From a virus (taxonomy: Duplodnaviria > Caudoviricetes): 40,297 nt of DNA. The position numbers and the translations under genes were made by a program. The first letter of the stretch is position 1. Each line of letters begins with the position of its first letter. The stretch is taken from positions 1 through 40,297 of IMG/VR virus record IMGVR_UViG_3300031949_000094; one strand, written 5' to 3'. Of this stretch, positions 36,006 to 40,297 are shown piece by piece. The notes beneath the pieces were generated by a model. It saw nothing but the letters and a program-made list of their open reading frames with translations. It was not told the origin of the DNA and did no database searches.

Positions 36006-36066
36006 CGATCCCCGCCGCCATGGCGTGCAAACGCAGCGGCTATGAAGCGAGAAAGGACAAGAGATC

Positions 36067-36252
36067 ATGTTTGACTTAGCAAAGGCCCTAGCAAAACTTT
36101 TTGGCAATCGTGAAGAAGTGCAACCGCTGCGCTGGAACCGTGAAAGCAAACATGCCAACGGACATCAGCGCCCGCGCAACTTTGATGCGAAGCGCAAGGC
36201 CCGCCGCAAGATGGCGAAGGCGTCACGGCGCATCAATCGGATGCTGAAATGA
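36067..36252 (+). CDS. Small basic protein (61 aa)
   Basis: RBS AAGGA; C-terminus KRKARRKMAKASRRINR. Confidence 0.65.
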   Translation: MFDLAKALAKLFGNREEVQPLRWNRESKHANGHQRPRNFDAKRKARRKMAKASRRINRMLK

Positions 36253-36274
36253 GCGAGCCAAAACGAGGAAAAAA

Positions 36275-36511
36275 ATGAACAATTCGTTCGGAAGTCGGGC
36301 GCGTTTTGACAACGCGCTACAGAAGGCAAATGAAGAGGCGTGGTGCTGTATTGGTCTATTCGATGGGGTATGGTATGCACTCAATACAGGCCCTGTAAAT
36401 TTCTTCTCCGCGACTGACAACGCGGAGATTCAAAAGAGATTCAGAGGTTGCGAAACGCGTGTTGCTCCATGGTCGAGTAACTATCCTCCCATCAGGGAGC
36501 GCGCGCGATGA
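36275..36511 (+). CDS. Hypothetical protein (78 aa)
   Basis: RBS GAGGA. Confidence 0.55.
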   Translation: MNNSFGSRARFDNALQKANEEAWCCIGLFDGVWYALNTGPVNFFSATDNAEIQKRFRGCETRVAPWSSNYPPIRERAR

Positions 36512-36828
36512 AACACAACAACGACAGCGAGGTTGTCGGATACATGCGGGAATGGGCTAGTCGTGGTGGTGTTATTGAGGAACAGTACATGACTGCTCGA
36601 TCATATTATCGGAACGGCTCGTTGTCTCAACCAGTGATGCGATCATTGGAGGCAGTCCAGAATTACCTGCTGCAAACCGGCGGATCGGTACTGCGCTATG
36701 ACGGGGAAAGATATCATGATTCACTGAACGATTTTTTTTCTGGATCAGGAATAGGCGAAGCCAGTGACTCCAGCAGTACCCCTTTACGCGGATCAATTGT
36801 TGTTGTCAACGGAGAATGGCGTGATTGA
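36508..36828 (+). CDS. Hypothetical protein (106 aa)
   Basis: RBS GGGAG; ATGA coupling. Confidence 0.55.
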   Translation: MKHNNDSEVVGYMREWASRGGVIEEQYMTARSYYRNGSLSQPVMRSLEAVQNYLLQTGGSVLRYDGERYHDSLNDFFSGSGIGEASDSSSTPLRGSIVVVNGEWRD

Positions 36829-36860
36829 CGGGTAATGCCGAAGGGCGCTAAAATTGGCAG

Positions 36861-36889
36861 TTGACAAAAATGCTAACAAGTTATATACT
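36861..36889 (+). promoter_or_regulatory. Sigma70 promoter of the HTH/Csx16-like unit
   Basis: TTGACA-17 bp-TATACT; downstream direct repeat TGGTAGGATT at 36894-36903 and 36936-36945. Confidence 0.8.
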
Positions 36890-37004
36890 GTCATGGTAGG
36901 ATTCTATCACGGCGGACGTTTGAAGTCCACTACTTTGGTAGGATTTTCTAAGTTGCGTTAGACGAACCGGGCAGCCCTAACACTTTTCAACGGAGCGCAG
37001 TATC

Positions 37005-37379
37005 TTGAAAATGAAAATCCGCAAAAAGTCCACAGAATACAAGCCCACCGCTCAAGAGATTGAGGCGCAAAACTACGCTGGAAAACTTGTCAAGGTATTC
37101 ATCACCCAGAACAACGCAGCCGACGCTTGCGGTATTTCTCGCGGGCGCATGTCTCACATTGTGCACGGCAAGTTCTCCGATGTGTCCATCACCAACACTG
37201 ATGTCAAGGTGATGCAGGCCATTTACGAGTATCGCATCGTGCGAAGCCATGTCTCTGATGAGGCGCGAAAGTTGATGGATAAGTTTGAAAAAGAACTTGC
37301 CGAATCGCACCGGGCGAATCAGCAGACGGCGGCAACGGCCCGGCAGATTGTGCGGCTGCTCAAGAAGGGTGTAGCGTAA
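37005..37379 (+). CDS. XRE-type helix-turn-helix regulator with C-terminal coiled coil
   Basis: ITQNNAADACGISRGRMSHIVHG HTH pattern. Confidence 0.65.
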   Translation: MKMKIRKKSTEYKPTAQEIEAQNYAGKLVKVFITQNNAADACGISRGRMSHIVHGKFSDVSITNTDVKVMQAIYEYRIVRSHVSDEARKLMDKFEKELAESHRANQQTAATARQIVRLLKKGVA

Positions 37380-37450
37380 GTCATGAGCAGATGTAACTAC
37401 CGGCTAACGTCGCTTGCGCATTTTGACACGAAAATCAAAAAAGGAGAATC

Positions 37451-37747
37451 ATGGCAGAAATCTTGATAGTAACTCGTCACAAGCCGCTTGTAGATTGGCT
37501 CGCCGCGCACGGGATTACCGGCCAGGTCATTGAGCAGGCCGGTACTGATGATGTCTATGGCAAAGACATCTATGGCATTTTGCCGTTGCACCTCGCGGCA
37601 AACGCAAACAGCGTCACCGAGGTGTCAATGCCAGGCTTGACGCTGGAGCAGCGCAAGAAAAATGCAGCAGGTGATATGACCGTCGAAGATATGAACGCAG
37701 CAGGCGCTCATCTGCGCCGGTTCATTGTCCGTGAGGACGCAGACTGA
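37451..37747 (+). CDS. csx16: Csx16-like protein, putative cyclic oligoadenylate ring nuclease
   Basis: RBS AAGGAG; IVTRH...VDWL...G; DVYGKDIYGILPLHLAA; MTVEDMNAAGAHLRRFIV matches the remembered Csx16 (Cas_VVA1548) pattern hh(S/T)RH...W...hG.LPhHLAA...L..E.h...GA.L..(Y/F).V. Confidence 0.75.
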   Translation: MAEILIVTRHKPLVDWLAAHGITGQVIEQAGTDDVYGKDIYGILPLHLAANANSVTEVSMPGLTLEQRKKNAAGDMTVEDMNAAGAHLRRFIVREDAD

Positions 37748-37876
37748 ATCCATCGGCTGAAAGTGTGGGGCTGCACGCGTTGATACAATTCGCGGGACGC
37801 TGCGATTGGTCGGTCAACGAGGATCGGATCGTTACCGATAAGGCCGCCATATTCTATCTTATAGAAGGGCAATAGC

Positions 37877-38092
37877 ATGACACCAAAAGAGATCGTTAAT
37901 AAATATTTCGAGCATACGCTTGACCTCCGACTTGCAGATATGATTCAGAAGGACATCGCCGCCGCCGTGCAGGCCGAGCGCGAGCGCACGATTGAGGAAT
38001 TCAATCGAATATTGGACGAAAAAATAACACGATTGAATAATGCGCTTAACGACCTAGAGGAAAACATTGCTGCCATTCGTGCATTGGAATGA
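37877..38092 (+). CDS. Hypothetical coiled-coil protein (71 aa)
   Basis: AVQAERER...AAIRAL, a common phage accessory pattern. Confidence 0.6.
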   Translation: MTPKEIVNKYFEHTLDLRLADMIQKDIAAAVQAERERTIEEFNRILDEKITRLNNALNDLEENIAAIRALE

Positions 38093-38183
38093 CACCATGA
38101 CCACCACGCCCCGATCCCCGCTCGTCATCGTCGCCATCATCACGGCTATCAGCGCCGTGGTGGGAGGCCGCTAAGGAAACGCC

Positions 38184-38876
38184 ATGAACGAGCCGGATAT
38201 GTTCACAGCTACAATCCAGATAGGCGGGGCACTCGTTTTGTGCTACTGCGCGCTTATGATTGGCAGGGCGATCGCGGCCCGGATTGCTGGCGACAAATAC
38301 GAGGCGGTTCTTGGCATGGCGCTGATTAGCATTTCAGTGGCCGCCCTCCCCAACCGAAGGGGTGAATCATCTAACGAAAATGAAATGGAAACGGACAACA
38401 CGACAACACAGGACAACACGGGGAAACACGGGGAAACACTGCTGGAAACACCTCAAGTCATGTCAGCGCATGGGCTGGTTAGCAGTCCGGTTATCGTGAA
38501 GATTACCGACGAAGAAGAGCAAGAGTTATTGCAGGTGCGTCATGAGGCGCTAGACCTGCTCGCCCGGTGCGTTAAGTATTACCAAGACAACGAAACGGTT
38601 GACGATGGGACTATCCCCCGCTATGACGAAATAAAAATGAAGTCTTCCTATCGAGGGGCAATCTGCAAGAATTTGGAGTACAGCGGCTGGGTGTCTATCA
38701 TCAAAAATCAGCGCACCTTCGTGGTTCCTGAGATTGGAACTTGCGCGACTCTGCGCCGCTCAATCATCGACAACAGGCGGCGCGTGTACCCCGTTGGATA
38801 CGCAGAACGACAAAAGGAATTACGCGATAGTGCGGTACTTGGCTTGCCGGAAACGAAAACGCATGACTACCAATGA
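38184..38876 (+). CDS. Membrane-anchored hypothetical protein (230 aa)
   Basis: RBS AAGGA; two N-terminal TM helices, low-complexity linker, soluble C-terminal domain. Confidence 0.7.
   Translation: MNEPDMFTATIQIGGALVLCYCALMIGRAIAARIAGDKYEAVLGMALISISVAALPNRRGESSNENEMETDNTTTQDNTGKHGETLLETPQVMSAHGLVSSPVIVKITDEEEQELLQVRHEALDLLARCVKYYQDNETVDDGTIPRYDEIKMKSSYRGAICKNLEYSGWVSIIKNQRTFVVPEIGTCATLRRSIIDNRRRVYPVGYAERQKELRDSAVLGLPETKTHDYQ
38394..38451 (+). repeat. Six short direct repeats (GACAACAC x3, GGAAACAC x3)
   Basis: Copies start at 38394, 38402, 38412, 38422, 38432 and 38444. Confidence 0.75.
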
Positions 38877-39015
38877 GGTGGTACAGTGGATAATGGCCGC
38901 CCTAAATGTGTGGTGGATTGCTAAGATCATGATCGGGCTTGTGCAATATCCAGTTAAGAAACAAAAACGACATGGTGTATGGACGCAGGATGACCAAAGG
39001 ACAAAAGTAAAATGA
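38863..39015 (+). CDS. Small membrane protein (50 aa)
   Basis: MTTNEVVQWIMAALNVWWIAKIMIGLV followed by a basic tail. Confidence 0.45.
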   Translation: MTTNEVVQWIMAALNVWWIAKIMIGLVQYPVKKQKRHGVWTQDDQRTKVK

Positions 39016-39101
39016 CAGTTGAGGCGTGGATATTTCTAGTCCTACTCGTAGTAGTCCTGTCTATTATGATTGTTGCTACGTTGGAAAGTCCACACAAATG
39101 A
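39012..39101 (+). CDS. Small single-TM peptide (29 aa)
   Basis: ATGA coupling; MTVEAWIFLVLLVVVLSIMIVATLESPHK. Confidence 0.4.
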   Translation: MTVEAWIFLVLLVVVLSIMIVATLESPHK

Positions 39102-39113
39102 TATACATCAGCC

Positions 39114-39215
39114 GCTTAACAGCGCCGTAGCCGATCTGCCGGGCGTGGCGCGGTGATATTGATCGCTGTGCTAATAAAATTAGTGCGGCGCGTGCAGGTT
39201 AATAACGAGTTAGGT
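39114..39215 (+). other. Degenerate attC-like recombination site
   Basis: GCTTAAC (RYYYAAC) ... GTTAGGT (GTTRRRY), 102 bp overall, with weak internal arm pairing. Confidence 0.5.
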
Positions 39216-39225
39216 TCCTTCCAGA

Positions 39226-39969
39226 ATGTCAGACTTTACACTTTACCGGGGCGATTGCCGTGACATCCTGCCAACCATCGGGGCAGAGATAGACGCCATC
39301 GTGAGCGACCCGCCCTACGGTATCAGAATGGACACAGATTACAAGAGGTTCACGCATGATTATAGTCACGCTGGAAACAATCATCGGCCTATAGAAGGCG
39401 ACGGTGTAGACTTTGACCCTCAGCATCTCTTGGACTTCAAAAAGGTTATTCTATTTGGATATAACAGATTCGCGGGCCGCGTCCCTTGTGGAACACTTCT
39501 CATTTGGGATAAGCGATTCAAGAATGGCAAGGCGTTTTTGTCAGATGGTGAAATCGCTTGGATGAAGAGCCAGTATAAAGACATCGGGCCACACATGGGT
39601 GGGTATGGGCTGTACATCTTCTCTGAAACGTCTCAGGGGTTTGTCAGACCTGAGCCAGTGCAGCACCCGACACAAAAACCTGTGTCTGTTATGAAGTGGT
39701 GCATCGGTCGTTTGTCTCTGCCTGCAGGCTCAACAATCTGTGACCCGTACATGGGCAGTGGTACAACGGGAGTGGCGGCCCTGCAATTGGGCTACAAGTT
39801 CATCGGCATTGAAATCGACCCGGAATACTACGCCATCGCAGAGAAGCGTATAGCGGCGGCTCAGGCGCAATCAGTCATGCTTTTCCAGACGGGCGCGGAA
39901 CCTAACAACGGCGTGCAGCCGACCGCCGATCATGCGGCGCAATCGTCGCTATTTGAACCGGAGCAGTAA
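39226..39969 (+). CDS. DNA methyltransferase, N6-adenine/N4-cytosine beta class, carried as a gene cassette
   Basis: Motif IV SDPPYG precedes HPTQKP and motif I DPYMGSGTTG, GIEID; the C-terminus reads into the attC (PNNGVQPTA). Confidence 0.92.
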   Translation: MSDFTLYRGDCRDILPTIGAEIDAIVSDPPYGIRMDTDYKRFTHDYSHAGNNHRPIEGDGVDFDPQHLLDFKKVILFGYNRFAGRVPCGTLLIWDKRFKNGKAFLSDGEIAWMKSQYKDIGPHMGGYGLYIFSETSQGFVRPEPVQHPTQKPVSVMKWCIGRLSLPAGSTICDPYMGSGTTGVAALQLGYKFIGIEIDPEYYAIAEKRIAAAQAQSVMLFQTGAEPNNGVQPTADHAAQSSLFEPEQ

Positions 39970-40006
39970 TAGCAGGTCGCGGCGGCTGACGCCGGGGCCG
40001 TTGGGA
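39900..40006 (+). other. attC site (integron cassette recombination site)
   Basis: R'' ACCTAAC; left arm GGCGT(G)CAGCCG(A)CCGC pairs with right arm GCGGCGGCTGACGCC leaving two extrahelical bases; R' GTTGGGA. Confidence 0.85.
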
Positions 40007-40200
40007 GCACTCTTGGGCGGGTGGGCATGTGTAGCGGTGGAGCGAGGAACCCGCGATGCGTTTGGGGTAATCCGGGGTGCTACTCGCAAACTAGCACGGG
40101 ACGGCAATCCAAATCGGCAGTCGGGCCAGTATCCAAACGTACAACGGCCTTACACATTTTTGGCAATGCCAAGTCTCGCCCGTCCAGCAGTGCTCCCAAC
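40000..40200 (+). ncRNA. ORF-less, extensively self-complementary cassette body (candidate ncRNA)
   Basis: Nested stems GTTGGGAGCACT/AGTGCTCCCAAC, GGGCGGGTG/CGCCCGTCC, ATGTGTAG/TTACACAT, TGCGTTTGGG/TCCAAACGTA, GTGCTA/TAGCAC. Confidence 0.55.
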
Positions 40201-40284
40201 AAATCGTTCAAGCGCGACTGGCGCACGATGCAATTGGTAAGGTCAAACCCGTGGTGCGCCAGCCGCTTAACTCAACCGTTAGAC
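40194..40284 (+). other. attC site (integron cassette recombination site)
   Basis: R'' TCCCAAC; left arm GTT(C)AAGCG(C)G(A)CTGGCGCAC pairs with GTGCGCCAGCCGCTTAAC; R' GTTAGAC; ATG at 40288 begins the next cassette. Confidence 0.85.
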
Positions 40285-40297
40285 GCCATGATAACAG

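Larger units (their letters stand above)
1..40297. mobile_element. Tailed dsDNA bacteriophage genome or prophage (siphovirus-like), truncated at both window ends
   Basis: Complete ordered set of terminase, portal, protease, capsid, neck, tail tube, chaperone, tape measure and fibre genes on the minus strand; replication and accessory genes on the plus strand; no host housekeeping genes. Confidence 0.97.

Noticed and set aside
37451-37747. AcrIII-1 (DUF1874) assignment
   Set aside because: Lacks the N(A/S)FS and IGH..T motifs of that family; the pattern fits Csx16 instead
28067-39617. Minus-strand ORFs over the early arm (e.g. 29731..30279, 33308..33694)
   Set aside because: Antisense to tightly coupled + strand genes that have good RBSs
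40027-40110. Resemblance to 16S rRNA (ATGTGTAGCGGTGGA) and to SAM-I riboswitch words (GGTGGAG, GGTGC, CGGCAA)
   Set aside because: The 16S match is only about 15 nt with no flanking similarity; the SAM-I elements are in the wrong order and the P1 AUC/GAU context is missing
39932-40240. 102-aa ORF spanning the second cassette
   Set aside because: Starts inside one attC and ends inside the next, overlaps the methyltransferase, has no RBS and looks like translated structured DNA
1-40297. Integrase, CI-type repressor, intI, CRISPR array, tRNA, rRNA, reverse transcriptase/DGR
   Set aside because: No ORF with recombinase, S24 peptidase or RT motifs and no regular repeat-spacer array or cloverleaf was seen; such genes could lie outside the window, so lifestyle cannot be called

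Overview
The window is almost the whole genome of a GC-rich tailed dsDNA phage (siphovirus-type, HK97-fold capsid), cut at both ends. Two gene blocks diverge from back-to-back sigma70-type promoters at about 27.9-28.1 kb. The minus-strand late arm (27.8 kb to 1) runs: lysis cassette (holin-like proteins and a 798-aa GH-M23-GH endolysin), ParB-like gene, Mom-like DNA-modification gene, terminase, portal, head morphogenesis, protease, major capsid, neck genes interleaved with four GT-A glycosyltransferases, tail tube, frameshifted tail chaperone, tape measure, a GT87-like membrane glycosyltransferase, a large tail-tip protein and a truncated tail fibre. The plus-strand early/replication arm (28.1 kb to the end) holds many small ORFs, an SSB-like protein, a PD-(D/E)XK nuclease, a replication initiator, a G39P-like helicase loader, RusA, an HTH gene followed by a Csx16-like (putative ring nuclease) gene, and finally an integron-type attC cassette array (a DNA methyltransferase cassette, an ORF-less highly structured cassette and the start of a third cassette). 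No integrase, tRNA, rRNA or CRISPR array was seen. The most notable items are the glycosyltransferase set in the structural module, the phage-borne attC array with a probable ncRNA cassette, and the Csx16-like candidate anti-type III CRISPR gene. All family calls come from motif recognition by eye, not from database searches. The host is unknown; a monoderm host such as Chloroflexota is only a guess.
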